Source of the DNA: a virus
Lineage: Duplodnaviria > Caudoviricetes
DNA length: 64,000 nucleotides
Direction: 5' to 3' (one strand)
Virus record (IMG/VR): IMGVR_UViG_3300025875_000590
Location: 23,201 to 87,200 of that record
The notes under the pieces are model-generated. The model did no database searches. It was not told the DNA's origin and saw only the letters and a list, made by a program, of their open reading frames with translations. Positions 52,696 to 62,361 of the stretch are shown in pieces. The position numbers and the translations under genes were made by a program. Every line of letters starts with the position of its first letter. Position 1 is the first letter of the stretch.

Positions 52696-52892
52696 GACCA
52701 GACGTCCTCGTGTAGATCGGCGGCGGGCTTGCAGCCGGGGTGCACGATCCGGCGATCGCGGACCGTGGTGAGCGCGTCGAGGGGGTCGACGCCCTGCAGG
52801 CACCAAGTGCAGTGCGTGGTGCGGTTCTCACGGTAGGTGACCCACCATGCCTGCGCCCGCAGGAGCAGCTCCGACACGAGCTGCCCGATCAC
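52692..52892 (-). CDS. Small zinc-binding protein
   Basis: CTWC..HPGC. Confidence 0.5.
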   Translation of the reverse strand: MIGQLVSELLLRAQAWWVTYRENRTTHCTWCLQGVDPLDALTTVRDRRIVHPGCKPAADLHEDVWS

Positions 52893-53269
52893 GAGCCGGC
52901 CGCCTGCCGGCGGGCGCCCTCGCGGTAGTCGGCGAACTGGCAGCGCCGCCGGTGGTGCTCGGCGAGGATGGCCTCGGTCCAGGCGCCGAGCTCGTGGTCG
53001 GTGAGGAAGCGGAGCACCTCGACGCCCTGCCCGGGCTCGGCGCCGGGGAGGACCCCGGCCTCCCGGTCCGCGGCCAGCCGGCGCGCGGTGCGGCCGACGG
53101 GGGAGTCCGGGTGCGGCGGCACGTAGGACGGCGGGGGGCCGGCCCCGGGGTCGTCGGAGCAGACGGCGGCGTCGGCGATGGCGGCGTCGAGGGCGTCGAC
53201 GTACTGCGCGGTGCGGAAGTCCTCGAGCTGAACGGGCGCAGCGTCGGTGCTGGGCTGGTGGTGGGTCAC
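52889..53269 (-). CDS. Hypothetical protein
   Basis: 126 aa, overlap-coupled. Confidence 0.55.
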   Translation of the reverse strand: MTHHQPSTDAAPVQLEDFRTAQYVDALDAAIADAAVCSDDPGAGPPPSYVPPHPDSPVGRTARRLAADREAGVLPGAEPGQGVEVLRFLTDHELGAWTEAILAEHHRRRCQFADYREGARRQAAGS

Positions 53270-53319
53270 GGCAGGATCCCTCGGGTCTGGGAGGAAGCAA
53301 GCTGGCTGGGGGTGTTCGT

Positions 53320-54900
53320 TCAGCGACCGATGCCCGGACGTCGCCCGAGACCACCTCCGCCACCGCCGCCGCCGATGCGGAGACCTGCGGCGCCGCCGAG
53401 CTGCGCCTCCCCGACGAGGGGGTTGATGACGAGGGCGAGGGCGGCCTGGGTGAGCTGGTCGACCATGTCGTCGTGCTTGGCGTTCGGGAACCCGGCGGCC
53501 TGCTCGATGAGCTCCTCCACCACGGGCAGGATCTCCGCGGCCGGAAGGACGACGTTGTGGGCGACCACGAGGGGTGCAGCGGCGTTCGCGCGGGCCACCT
53601 TCCCGCCCTCGGGCTCGACGGGTGTGAGGCCGACGACCTCGTTGCGGAGGGAGTCCATGACGGCGGTGCCGTTGGCCTTGTCCTCGATGAGCTTGGTGAT
53701 GGCCTGCGGCCAGCGGGCCGACATGGCGCGGACGGCGTCCACGGTCTCGGTGAAGCTCATGCGCCGGTTGACCAGGTCGAGCAGGTACAGCTGGCCGCCG
53801 CGCTTGAGCCACACACCGCCGGCGACGTAGTCGGAGGTGGAGGTCTTCTTGAAGGCCATGTCCCAGGACTGCGCGAGCTGGTCGCCGGGCTGCAGCGGCA
53901 CCCACATCGAGCCGTCGGCGCGGGCGATGGCGATCGGGGCGTCGTAGCGGGCCCAGCCGCCCCGCTTGAACAGGGTGCCCTCCGGGGGGGAGGGCTGCCC
54001 CTGGTAGAGGGCGGTCCAGGTGCTGATCGAGCGGCGCTTGATCTGCTCCCACTGCGCGCGGGTGCGCCGACGCGCCGACCGCAGAAATTCCCCGGGCTGC
54101 CGGCCGAGGGGGTCGGTCTCGCCCTTCTCGGGGTCGTGGTCGGCCTGGGCGGGGATGTTGATGACGGTCCAGCCCTCGCCCTCCCCGCGCTCGTCCTGGG
54201 CGATGAGCCGACCAGCAAGATCGTCCTCGTGCCAGCGGGTCATGATCAGGATGACGGGGGCGCCCGCGGCGAGACGGGAGGCCGCGGTGTCGGTCCACCA
54301 CTTCCAGGCGTCCTCGCGGTAGGTCTCGGAGTCCGCGGTCTTGCGGTCCTTGACCGGGTCATCGATGACGAGCAGATCGACGGGACGGCCGGTGAGGGCG
54401 CCGCCGATGCCGGTGGTGAACACGCCGCCGTCGTGGTCCTCCAGCTGCCACTCGTTCTGCGCGGCGACGTCGCGGCGGACGCGGAGCCCGAGCCGGGGGT
54501 GCTGCCGGATGTCGTCCCGGATGGCGCGGCCCCAGCGGCGGGCGACGTCGGACTCGTAGGAGACGATCGCGGCGCGGGTGGCGGGGTTGCGGCGCAGCGC
54601 CCACAGCACGCCGCGGCGGACGGCGCGCTGGCTCTTGCCCTCCTGGGGAGGCATGGAGATGATCAGCCGGCCGTCGGGGGTGTCCAGGCACTTGACGATC
54701 GCGGCGTCGATGAGCCGCAGGGCCTCGGTCTGGACGGTGCGGTGGTCGAGGTCGACGGCGAGCGCGCCGGGGGTCGGCCACTTGTCGGAGGGCCGGGCGC
54801 GGGCGCGGGCGTCGTCGTACTCGAGGAGCTTGAGAGCTTCGGCTTCGAGCTCGGCGTCGGTCATCTCGGCGACCGGGCGCGGGGGCAGGACGGCGGTCAA
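53320..54900 (-). CDS. terL: Terminase large subunit
   Basis: SMPPQEGKS, LLVIDDPVK, IMTRWHEDDLAG, SWDMAFK, HDDMVD. Confidence 0.95.
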   Translation of the reverse strand: MTAVLPPRPVAEMTDAELEAEALKLLEYDDARARARPSDKWPTPGALAVDLDHRTVQTEALRLIDAAIVKCLDTPDGRLIISMPPQEGKSQRAVRRGVLWALRRNPATRAAIVSYESDVARRWGRAIRDDIRQHPRLGLRVRRDVAAQNEWQLEDHDGGVFTTGIGGALTGRPVDLLVIDDPVKDRKTADSETYREDAWKWWTDTAASRLAAGAPVILIMTRWHEDDLAGRLIAQDERGEGEGWTVINIPAQADHDPEKGETDPLGRQPGEFLRSARRRTRAQWEQIKRRSISTWTALYQGQPSPPEGTLFKRGGWARYDAPIAIARADGSMWVPLQPGDQLAQSWDMAFKKTSTSDYVAGGVWLKRGGQLYLLDLVNRRMSFTETVDAVRAMSARWPQAITKLIEDKANGTAVMDSLRNEVVGLTPVEPEGGKVARANAAAPLVVAHNVVLPAAEILPVVEELIEQAAGFPNAKHDDMVDQLTQAALALVINPLVGEAQLGGAAGLRIGGGGGGGGLGRRPGIGR

Positions 54901-55073
54901 GGGAGCACCTCGATAGAGATCAGGTCGGGGCCGGCCCACACGGTGCCGGTGCCCTCGAGGTCGATGCCCTCGGCTCGGGCGGCTGCGAGCGCCTGGTGGA
55001 CCTCGATGGCGGACTCGGCCTCGACCAGGTGCTCGAGCACCAGACCGGTGCGCACACGGTAGACGCGGGTCAT
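54897..55073 (-). CDS. 58-aa hypothetical protein
   Basis: Hand translation MTRVYRVRTGLVLEHLVEAES...; stop overlaps terL TTG. Confidence 0.5.
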   Translation of the reverse strand: MTRVYRVRTGLVLEHLVEAESAIEVHQALAAARAEGIDLEGTGTVWAGPDLISIEVLP

Positions 55074-55204
55074 CGGAGGACCGCCACGGCTGCGACGACG
55101 CCGAGGCAGGCGAGCAGCACCTCGAGCACGAGCAGGGCGAGGACCAGCGCCGCGAGGACGGTGGCGGCCAGCGCGGTGAGGACGGCCAGCAGGGCGCGGC
55201 TCAT
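55070..55204 (-). CDS. 44-aa membrane peptide
   Basis: Fully hydrophobic; overlap-coupled. Confidence 0.5.
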   Translation of the reverse strand: MSRALLAVLTALAATVLAALVLALLVLEVLLACLGVVAAVAVLR

Positions 55205-55530
55205 GACGGGGGCCCGGGCAGGGTGATGGCGGTGGTGTCGCCCTCGGCGTCGCGGGGGGTCCACACGGTGCTGCCCGCGGGGGGGCGGGTCTCGGCCGCG
55301 GGGCGGGTGACCGGGCCGGGCGTGGGGTCGGGGGCGGCGTGCCGCCGGACGGTGGGGCGCAGCCCGGGCCCGGGCACGCGGGGAGCGGGCGCCGTCGGCG
55401 GGGCGGGCTCCGGGGGGAGGCGGCGGGGGACGGGCCGGCCCTCGAGGGGGTCGCCGAGCTCGGCGACGAGGGTGTGCCAGGAGCAGGTGTCGATGGACAG
55501 CGGCCCGAACGGCTGCGCGGGCGCGGTCAC
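55201..55530 (-). CDS. Pro-rich hypothetical protein
   Basis: Overlap-coupled. Confidence 0.5.
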   Translation of the reverse strand: MTAPAQPFGPLSIDTCSWHTLVAELGDPLEGRPVPRRLPPEPAPPTAPAPRVPGPGLRPTVRRHAAPDPTPGPVTRPAAETRPPAGSTVWTPRDAEGDTTAITLPGPPS

Positions 55531-55805
55531 CGGGACTCCTTGCCGGGAAGTCGGTAGCGCACGGAGGGTGGGGCGGTCTGGGCAGCGCGCTTGGCGCGCA
55601 GCATCTGCTCAACGGCGGCGAGGGCGTCTGCGTGGGTGCCGAGGACGACGTGCGTCTCGGGTCCGAACGCGCCGGCCCACAGGTCGATGCGCCACCGCTC
55701 GCGCCGGCGGAAGGCGGTGGGGTGGTGTCGGTGGACCTCGGCGGTCCAGTCGGTGAGGAACCGGCGGGGCAGCGGCCGGTCGGGCTCGCGCTCGAGGTCG
55801 CTCAC
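55527..55805 (-). CDS. Hypothetical protein
   Basis: Overlap-coupled. Confidence 0.55.
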   Translation of the reverse strand: MSDLEREPDRPLPRRFLTDWTAEVHRHHPTAFRRRERWRIDLWAGAFGPETHVVLGTHADALAAVEQMLRAKRAAQTAPPSVRYRLPGKESR

Positions 55806-56161
55806 TGGCCGGCCACCCGCTCGGCGAGGCGGTCGCCGGCGTCGATGACCCGGTCCCCGGCGGCCTCGAGCAGCCGCCCCGCGTGGGCGATGGTGTGGCC
55901 GAGCCGCCACCCGGCCTGCCCGACGCGGCGCGCGGCCCGCACGCGGCGCGTCGGGGGCGGCGTGGGCAGGCTCGGGCCGTGGAGCCCGAGCAGGATGCGG
56001 GGCACGTCGAGGCCGCGGGCGAGGGACTCCAGCAGCGGACCGAGCTCGGGGGCCTGGAAGCCGGGGGCGTTCGATGGCGGGGGCAGGGGAGGCACGCCTC
56101 CCGTGTCGAGCAGCGCGTGGATCCGCTGGGAGAACACGGCGAACGGGTCGGGGGCGGTCAT
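55802..56161 (-). CDS. Hypothetical protein
   Basis: Overlap-coupled. Confidence 0.55.
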   Translation of the reverse strand: MTAPDPFAVFSQRIHALLDTGGVPPLPPPSNAPGFQAPELGPLLESLARGLDVPRILLGLHGPSLPTPPPTRRVRAARRVGQAGWRLGHTIAHAGRLLEAAGDRVIDAGDRLAERVAGQ

Positions 56162-56457
56162 CGCCGGCCTCGGCGGGCGAGGGCCTTGCGGCGGGTGACC
56201 TGCCGGTGCCGACGGCGGTCGTAGGTCCAGCGCGGGCCGAGCACGATGCGGCGCAGCCGCCGGGACGGCCGGAACGTGACGGAGGCGGTGCGGTGCAGCT
56301 GCAGGTTGAGGTCGCGGAAGTCGCCGACCATCTGGTCGAGGACGGGGGTGAAGCCGGTGAAGGCGTCGGTGAGGCCGGTCCAGGCGTGGGCCACGCTGTC
56401 GGTGTCCAGGGGCGCGATGCGGACGGAGCGGGCGCGGACGGGGGTGGGCTGGGTCAT
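56158..56457 (-). CDS. Basic hypothetical protein
   Basis: Overlap-coupled. Confidence 0.55.
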   Translation of the reverse strand: MTQPTPVRARSVRIAPLDTDSVAHAWTGLTDAFTGFTPVLDQMVGDFRDLNLQLHRTASVTFRPSRRLRRIVLGPRWTYDRRRHRQVTRRKALARRGRR

Positions 56458-56669
56458 CGGGGCGGGACCTCGGAGGACGGGGCGGCCCACCAGCGGTGGC
56501 CGATGCCGGCGCCGGGGGTGGGCTCGCAGATGACGTGGGTGCGGGGGCGGTGGTGCTCGACCAGCAGCAGGTTGCCGCTGGTCGGGGAGCGGAGGGCGGT
56601 GACCGACCGGTGGCAGCCGGGGCACTCGGCCCGGGCGTGCCGCCGCCACGCGGCCGGTCGCCGCCTCAC
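56454..56669 (-). CDS. Zinc-ribbon hypothetical protein
   Basis: CPGC..H..C. Confidence 0.5.
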   Translation of the reverse strand: MRRRPAAWRRHARAECPGCHRSVTALRSPTSGNLLLVEHHRPRTHVICEPTPGAGIGHRWWAAPSSEVPPR

Positions 56670-57277
56670 GCCGTCGGCTCGGCGGGGGTAGGCGGCTGGT
56701 CGGCGGTCGGGTCGTTCAGCTGGTAGGAGACCCACGAGCCGTGGGCGTAGCCGGCGACCGGCTGGCCCTTGACGTCGAGGACGGTGAGGCCGCGGTCGGG
56801 GGTGAACCGGACCTCGTCGCCGCGGGGGTGGCGGACGCGCATCCCGCCGTAGTGGACGTCGCTGGGCACGTAGACGTCGACGCCGCGGGGCTCGGGCTCG
56901 GCGGGGCGGGCGCGCAGCGCGCGGAGGACCAGGCCGCGGATCCGGCCGACGCCGTGCTCGCTCATGGCGCCTTCGTTGCCGAGCACGCGGTCGATGCGCA
57001 TGAGGGCGAGCCGCTCGGGGGAGACGAGGGTGGGGGACTCCCAGGTCTCGGCGTCGGCGAGGTAGCCGTCGGACAGGCCGGGCTCCTTGATCTCGACGTC
57101 GGCGTCGCCGAGGGACAGGGGCGGGGCGGGGTGCTCGGACACGGGGGGCTCCAGAGGTGCGCGGTCGGGGTAGGGGATGCCGCCGCCGCCGGCGGGTGCG
57201 GGCGGTGGGGGCTGGCGGTCGTGGCCGAACAGGTGGCTGCGGAGGAACAGGTAGCCGCCGCGAGAGCGGTCAGCCAC
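56666..57277 (-). CDS. Hypothetical protein
   Basis: 203 aa, overlap-coupled. Confidence 0.55.
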   Translation of the reverse strand: MADRSRGGYLFLRSHLFGHDRQPPPPAPAGGGGIPYPDRAPLEPPVSEHPAPPLSLGDADVEIKEPGLSDGYLADAETWESPTLVSPERLALMRIDRVLGNEGAMSEHGVGRIRGLVLRALRARPAEPEPRGVDVYVPSDVHYGGMRVRHPRGDEVRFTPDRGLTVLDVKGQPVAGYAHGSWVSYQLNDPTADQPPTPAEPTA

Positions 57278-57641
57278 GGCCGAGCAGCCGGGCGAGCAGG
57301 GACGGGCGGCAGCCGCCGCGCCCGCGGGGGACGCGGCGGTCGCCGGGGGTGACGGACGGCCAGCGGGGGACGTAGGTGAACCACTCGAAGTTGAGGACGT
57401 CGATGGGGCCGCGGGCGCTCGGGCAGAACGCGACGGCGTCGGAGGGAACGCCGGCGGCGAGGAGGGCGGCGAGGCCGTCCTCAAGCTGCTGCAGCGTGGG
57501 CCCGGGGAAGTAGGCGGTGCGGGAGTGGACGCCGTGCTCGGGGTCGAAGATGACCGGCAGCTCGGACTTGATCCGCGGGGCGGGGTCGGGCTCGACGGGC
57601 TGGGGGGCGGGTCCGGGCACGGGGGTCTCCTCGGTGGTCAC
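57270..57641 (-). CDS. Hypothetical protein
   Basis: 123 aa, overlap-coupled. Confidence 0.55.
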   Translation of the reverse strand: MTTEETPVPGPAPQPVEPDPAPRIKSELPVIFDPEHGVHSRTAYFPGPTLQQLEDGLAALLAAGVPSDAVAFCPSARGPIDVLNFEWFTYVPRWPSVTPGDRRVPRGRGGCRPSLLARLLGRG

Positions 57642-57913
57642 AGCTGCCCGCAGTCGGGGCAGGGGCCGCAGGTGCGGTCGGGGTGGCTGACGCCGTCGGG
57701 GCCGGTGCAGCCGCACCGGTGAGACGCGCAGGCCGTGCGCATGGGGTCGGCGTCGGCCCACGCCTGGCGCTGGCCGTGGCCGACAGCCCGCCAGTAGGCG
57801 CCGCGCTGCCGGTGGTACTCGGCGCGGCCGGTGTGCCAGGCGACACGGAGGTAGAACGCCTGACGGTGGACGGCGTCGAGGGCGCGGTGCAGCAGGGCGC
57901 GGGCGCGGGTCAT
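57638..57913 (-). CDS. Cys/His-rich hypothetical protein
   Basis: CASHRCGC..H..CGPCPDC. Confidence 0.55.
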   Translation of the reverse strand: MTRARALLHRALDAVHRQAFYLRVAWHTGRAEYHRQRGAYWRAVGHGQRQAWADADPMRTACASHRCGCTGPDGVSHPDRTCGPCPDCGQL

Positions 57914-58167
57914 GCCTCACCTCGGTGCCGGGCCTCATGATCGTTCTTACCCGCCGGTGGGCGAGGGGCACGAACGGGCTGGTCAGGGGCGAGGGCGGGG
58001 TCGAGCAGTCGGCGAGTGCTCGGGGTGAGCCACGGCAGGGGCCGGACGATCTCCGCGCGCCACGCGCCGTCCCGCCACGTCCAGGCGTGGTCGGCGGCGC
58101 CGGCGCAGCGGACGGGGTCGTGGTGGCCGGTGCGGCAGAGCAGCCGGCGGGCGAGGCGGGCGATCAC
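57910..58167 (-). CDS. Hypothetical protein
   Basis: LCRTGHH..C motif. Confidence 0.5.
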   Translation of the reverse strand: MIARLARRLLCRTGHHDPVRCAGAADHAWTWRDGAWRAEIVRPLPWLTPSTRRLLDPALAPDQPVRAPRPPAGKNDHEARHRGEA

Positions 58168-58289
58168 GACAGCTCGCCCATGCGCCCGTACTGCCGCCAC
58201 GCCTGCGCGGACCAGCCGATCGGGCCGGGGTGCGTCCGCGGGCGGCGGGCGGCGAGCACGAAGATCAGGAACGCGAGGCGGGTTCTCAC
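58164..58289 (-). CDS. 41-aa hypothetical protein
   Basis: Overlap-coupled. Confidence 0.4.
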   Translation of the reverse strand: MRTRLAFLIFVLAARRPRTHPGPIGWSAQAWRQYGRMGELS

Positions 58290-58462
58290 GATGCGGCCTC
58301 CGGGATGGCGGTGACGGGGATGCCGGCAACGGGGCCGGCGTCGCGGCGGAGAGCGGCGGCGGCCCGGCGGAGCGCGGCGGCGGTGCGGGCGTGGACGGCG
58401 GCCAGTGCCTCGAGCTGCTCGGCGTCGGTCACGAGGGCGGCCCGTACCTCGGCGGGGCTCAC
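58286..58462 (-). CDS. 58-aa Ala-rich helical protein
   Basis: VSPAEVRAALVTDAEQLEALAAVH... (hand translation); overlap-coupled. Confidence 0.45.
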   Translation of the reverse strand: MSPAEVRAALVTDAEQLEALAAVHARTAAALRRAAAALRRDAGPVAGIPVTAIPEAAS

Positions 58463-59082
58463 GGCGCAGCCGGGGGGACGGGGAGGGCGGGCGTGCTGGT
58501 GGTGACCTGCAGGGCAACCAGGTAGCCGTCCCGCTCGGCCTGCAGCTGCTCGAGGACAGCGGTGAGCAGGGCAGCAGCGCGAGGCACCAGATCACCGGGA
58601 GGGATCTCTCCGGCGGCGGCGAACGCCCGCGGCACCGCCTGGTACACAAGCTCCTCGGCCTGCGGGGCGTCCCGGCCGTCGATGGTCCGGTCGTCGGCGC
58701 CGAACAGGACTTCCACAAGGGTGGTGGCCACGGCGCGGCTGATGGTGCCGGCGTCGCTGGTCCAGGTGAGCAGCACACCCCAGTGGCGGGCGGCGCGCTC
58801 GAGGGCGACGAGGACCAACCCGTCGGTGTGCGGAGCATTGGTGGTGAGGGAACCGTCGCCGGGTTCGCGGGTGAACACAACGGCGAGGGGCTGGGAGGCG
58901 GGGGCGGTGACGGTGAACGCGATCGACTCCGCGGTCAGCACGGGGGTGTTGGCCGCGCCGGGGCCGGTGACGCTGGACCCGCCAGCGGCCATGACGGTGA
59001 GCAGCCGGCGCACGTCGGCCAGCAGCTGCGCCCACGGGCCCGGGGGGACGGTGACGGTGGTCGACCAGGTGGTGGTGGTCAT
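58459..59082 (-). CDS. Hypothetical protein
   Basis: 207 aa, overlap-coupled. Confidence 0.55.
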   Translation of the reverse strand: MTTTTWSTTVTVPPGPWAQLLADVRRLLTVMAAGGSSVTGPGAANTPVLTAESIAFTVTAPASQPLAVVFTREPGDGSLTTNAPHTDGLVLVALERAARHWGVLLTWTSDAGTISRAVATTLVEVLFGADDRTIDGRDAPQAEELVYQAVPRAFAAAGEIPPGDLVPRAAALLTAVLEQLQAERDGYLVALQVTTSTPALPVPPAAP

Positions 59083-59309
59083 CGGGCACCCTCCGGGGCG
59101 TAGGAGCGGACGCGGGCAGCAGCAGCAGCGCGGACGACGTCGGCAGCGCGGGTGCAGGCGGGGCACAGGTCACCGCCGTCAGATCGGCGGGTCCAGCCCT
59201 CCCCGGCGGCGACACCGCGGGCCCGCACGTTGGAGACGTCGACCGGCCCGTACTCGTCGGGGCAGCCGGGGCCGTCGCAGATGACCTGCATGACCTGGAC
59301 GGCGCTCAC
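59079..59309 (-). CDS. Zinc-ribbon protein
   Basis: ICDGPGC..GW..DLCPAC. Confidence 0.6.
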   Translation of the reverse strand: MSAVQVMQVICDGPGCPDEYGPVDVSNVRARGVAAGEGWTRRSDGGDLCPACTRAADVVRAAAAARVRSYAPEGAR

Positions 59310-59851
59310 AAGGCACCACCCAGGGGGATCGCCTCGGGGTCGGCGGCCAGCCGGCGGGAGATCTCCGCGGACACCTCGGCGAGCCGGGCGCGGGCCTCGT
59401 CGGGGGACAGGTGGGTGAGCTCGATGGGGGCACCGCCCTCGCCGGTGACGGCGACGTGGTCGCCCTGGCCGAGGGCCTGCCGCTGGACCTTCGCCGACAC
59501 CTCCAGCCAGTAGCCGATGTCCCGGGCGCTCATGGTGGCCACGTCGAGGGAGGCGAGGGCGCGGACGAGCCGGTCCTGCATGGCGTTGGCGATGCGCAGG
59601 TGCCGCTTCCCGACCTCGGCGCGGGAGGCGAGCTGCTGGCGGCGCCACAGCCGGTCCTGCTCGACGTCCCACGCTTCGACGCGGAGGACCCAGGCGTCGC
59701 GGGCGGACCACCGCTCGACCAGGGTGGTGGACTTGCCCAACGTGCGCGCCACCTTCGCCAAGCTGCGGTCGGTGCCGGCGTCGCGGTAGAGCACGAACGC
59801 CTCGAAGGCCTTGGCGGATTCGCCGGTGAGGCGCTCCCAGGGCTGTGCCAC
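59306..59851 (-). CDS. terS: Terminase small subunit
   Basis: PWERLTGESAKAFEAFVLYRD..RSLAKVA..RWS..W..R..AWD; C-terminal VTGEGGAPI. Confidence 0.8.
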   Translation of the reverse strand: MAQPWERLTGESAKAFEAFVLYRDAGTDRSLAKVARTLGKSTTLVERWSARDAWVLRVEAWDVEQDRLWRRQQLASRAEVGKRHLRIANAMQDRLVRALASLDVATMSARDIGYWLEVSAKVQRQALGQGDHVAVTGEGGAPIELTHLSPDEARARLAEVSAEISRRLAADPEAIPLGGAL

Positions 59852-60121
59852 GCGGAAGTTTCCCCCGATTCGGAGCGTGATGGTCTGCTGACGGGTAGCT
59901 CCGACCAGTGTGACAGCGGGTGAGCGGCTGCACCGGTTGGGTGGGGGTTGGTCGGCGCGTCGCGCGGGGTAGGGAGGGGCGCGCGGGCAGGGCTGGCGTA
60001 CTGGCCGGTGGAGGGTGAGCCTGCGCGCATGCGGGACATGGGGCTCGGAGGCCCGCCCGTGGTGGAGGCGGATGCCCCCGGGGGTGCTGGCTGTGGGTCG
60101 GCCCCCGGGGGTGACGTCGGG

Positions 60122-60472
60122 CTAGTCGCCGGTGCGGGGTTGGGGAACCCCGGGGTGGTTGACGGTGACGTCGAGGCGCTGAGGCACGTCGAGGGGCTGG
60201 GCGGGGGTGAACGCGGTGCAGCCGCAGCGGGAGCCGATCGCGCAGGGGTGCTCCCCGAACCAGTAGTGGCGGTTGTCGGGGTGGCCGCAGGCGCAGATGG
60301 TGGGGTCCTGGGGGGCGGTGCGGCGCCAGACGAGGCCGAACGTGCGGTCGTAGTGCTCCTCGCTGCGGTGGCCCGCCGGCAGGTGGCAGCGCAGCACCGG
60401 GCCCGTCGGGTCGCCGTCGATCGATTCCTGCTGGTCGCACAGCGGGCCGCGGACCGGGAGGGGGTCAGTCAT
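60122..60472 (-). CDS. Double zinc-finger protein
   Basis: C..CHLPAGH..H and CACGH..H..C..CGC. Confidence 0.6.
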   Translation of the reverse strand: MTDPLPVRGPLCDQQESIDGDPTGPVLRCHLPAGHRSEEHYDRTFGLVWRRTAPQDPTICACGHPDNRHYWFGEHPCAIGSRCGCTAFTPAQPLDVPQRLDVTVNHPGVPQPRTGD

Positions 60473-60770
60473 CGGGGGACTCCAGGGGGATCGCGCTGAT
60501 GAGGCGGGCGGCGTCGCGGGCGGTGGCGTCCGGGGGGAGCGCGACGACGGCGGACCAGGCGTCGCGGAGAGCGGACTCGCGGCCGTGCCGGTGGGCGCGG
60601 GATCCGTGCTCGCGGAGCAGGGAGTAGATGACGCCGCTGATGAGCCGCTGCCCGCTGTTGGTGAGGCGGAGGCGGGTGCGGAGGTCGATGGCGGCTTCGC
60701 GGGCGGCCTTCGACCAGCGGTCGGGTCGCTGCGCGGGGAGCGGGGTGGGTGGGGGGAGGTCAGACGCCAC
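60465..60770 (-). CDS. Hypothetical protein
   Basis: 101 aa. Confidence 0.55.
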   Translation of the reverse strand: MASDLPPPTPLPAQRPDRWSKAAREAAIDLRTRLRLTNSGQRLISGVIYSLLREHGSRAHRHGRESALRDAWSAVVALPPDATARDAARLISAIPLESPDD

Positions 60771-61017
60771 AGCCGAGCCCGAGGTCCTGGAGCAGGTCGA
60801 GGGTGAGGTCGACGGTATCGGGGTCGCGGATGGCGGCCTGCAGGTCGGCGTTGTCGACGGCGCCGGTGCCGTCGCTGATGAGGACGCCGGTGACGGCGAG
60901 GACGCGCTCGGCGCAGGTCCATGCCTCGAGCCATCCGCGGTGCTGCTCGGTCCAGGCGCGGGCGTCGCGCATCTGGGCGCCGGTGACGACGCGGTCGGGG
61001 GTGGGGGTGGTGGTCAC
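60760..61017 (-). CDS. Hypothetical protein
   Basis: 85 aa. Confidence 0.5.
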   Translation of the reverse strand: MTTTPTPDRVVTGAQMRDARAWTEQHRGWLEAWTCAERVLAVTGVLISDGTGAVDNADLQAAIRDPDTVDLTLDLLQDLGLGCGV

Positions 61018-61523
61018 AGCAGGTGCTCCAGGGCGGGGTGGTCGGGGTGGACGAGGGAGACGCGCTCGCCGGGGGTGCACCACAGGTGGTAGGCGAGGCG
61101 GGGGCCGGCGGGCTGGGCGATGAGGTGGGTGCTGAGGGAGGCGGAGATGGTCCGGCCGGGGACGAGGCCGAGCGTGGGGGGCCAGAGGTCGTCGGGGACC
61201 TCGGGGGGGACGGTGAAGGGGCCGCCGTGCTCGATGGCGAGCAGGCGGGCGGGTTCGCGCATGGGGCGCAGGTGGAACCACCAGCCGAGGTGCTCGGGGC
61301 CGACGGTGCCGGCGGGGAGCCAGTCGTCGCCGACGAGGGCGGGCGTCGGGCGGAACCGGCCGGGCCCGTCGAGGGCGTGGATCCAGGCGGGGTAGCCGTA
61401 CTGCGTGCGCAGGGAGGACTCGAGGGCGACGTGGGCGGGGTTGATCGAGTGGCCGTCGTCTGAGACGCGGGGCTGCCGCGCGTCCACGCGGGCCCGGATC
61501 TCCTCGGGGGTGGGGCGGGTCAT
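61014..61523 (-). CDS. Hypothetical protein
   Basis: 169 aa, overlap-coupled. Confidence 0.55.
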   Translation of the reverse strand: MTRPTPEEIRARVDARQPRVSDDGHSINPAHVALESSLRTQYGYPAWIHALDGPGRFRPTPALVGDDWLPAGTVGPEHLGWWFHLRPMREPARLLAIEHGGPFTVPPEVPDDLWPPTLGLVPGRTISASLSTHLIAQPAGPRLAYHLWCTPGERVSLVHPDHPALEHLL

Positions 61524-61732
61524 GCGCCGACGCCGGTGACGGTGATGGTGGTGGAGCCGGTGTCGCGCTGGTCGCGCTGGTCGCCGCGGTCCTGGCGGAT
61601 GGTGACGCGGCAGGCGTCGTCGGCGCCGTCCAGCTGGGCGACCAGGGCGCGGAGGTCGCCGAGGCTCATGCCGCCGGAGCCGGGCATGGTGACGGTGGTG
61701 GTGCGGGTGACGCGCAGCGGGCTCATGGTCAT
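61520..61732 (-). CDS. Hypothetical protein
   Basis: AAGGAG RBS; SLGDLRALV motif. Confidence 0.55.
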   Translation of the reverse strand: MTMSPLRVTRTTTVTMPGSGGMSLGDLRALVAQLDGADDACRVTIRQDRGDQRDQRDTGSTTITVTGVGA

Positions 61733-62361
61733 GCTCCTTCGGTGAGGCGGTCGAGGCGGCGTGCCTCGGTGCGGACGGCGGCGCGCAGGAGGGGTGCGAC
61801 GAAGTCGCGGTCGAGGGGCTCGGGGGTGAGCTTGGGGGCCTGGGTGATGACGCGGGCGTACCGCTCCATGCCGACGTCGTAGCCGCGGCGCTCTCGGTTC
61901 CAGGTGGAGGTGCGGCGTTCGGCGACCTCCATGAGGCCCCAGCCGTCGGGGAGCTCGCCGGGCTTGACGATGCTGCGGTGGCCGACGACGAGCCACCAGC
62001 GGTCGCAGTAGCGGCGCACGGGGAAGCTCTTCTCGGGGGCGCGGAGCTCGGTGAGCCAGTCTGAGCGGGACACCTTGACCTCGTGGCCGTGGATGGCGAG
62101 GCCCTGGCTGGGCCAGAGGTCCATCGCTACGGCGTCGGCGGTGCGGATGAGGCCGCCGCGGCCGAAGCCGGCCGAGCAGCGGACGTGGGTGGCGAACGCC
62201 CACCGGTCGCCGTTGCCGTACGTGATGCTGTACCGGCGGCGAAGGGCTTCGAGGACGTCGTGCTCGGTGAGCTGGACGACGGGCGGGGCCGGCTCGGGGA
62301 CCGGCGGGGCCGCGGGTGCTGGTGCGGGGAGCTCGGGCATGCCGGGCAAGGTGGCGGTCAC
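61729..62361 (-). CDS. MmcB-like PD-(D/E)xK nuclease
   Basis: TADAVAMDLWPS..GHEVKVSRSDWLTELRAPEK..CDRWWLV..ELPDGWGLM. Confidence 0.75.
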   Translation of the reverse strand: MTATLPGMPELPAPAPAAPPVPEPAPPVVQLTEHDVLEALRRRYSITYGNGDRWAFATHVRCSAGFGRGGLIRTADAVAMDLWPSQGLAIHGHEVKVSRSDWLTELRAPEKSFPVRRYCDRWWLVVGHRSIVKPGELPDGWGLMEVAERRTSTWNRERRGYDVGMERYARVITQAPKLTPEPLDRDFVAPLLRAAVRTEARRLDRLTEGA

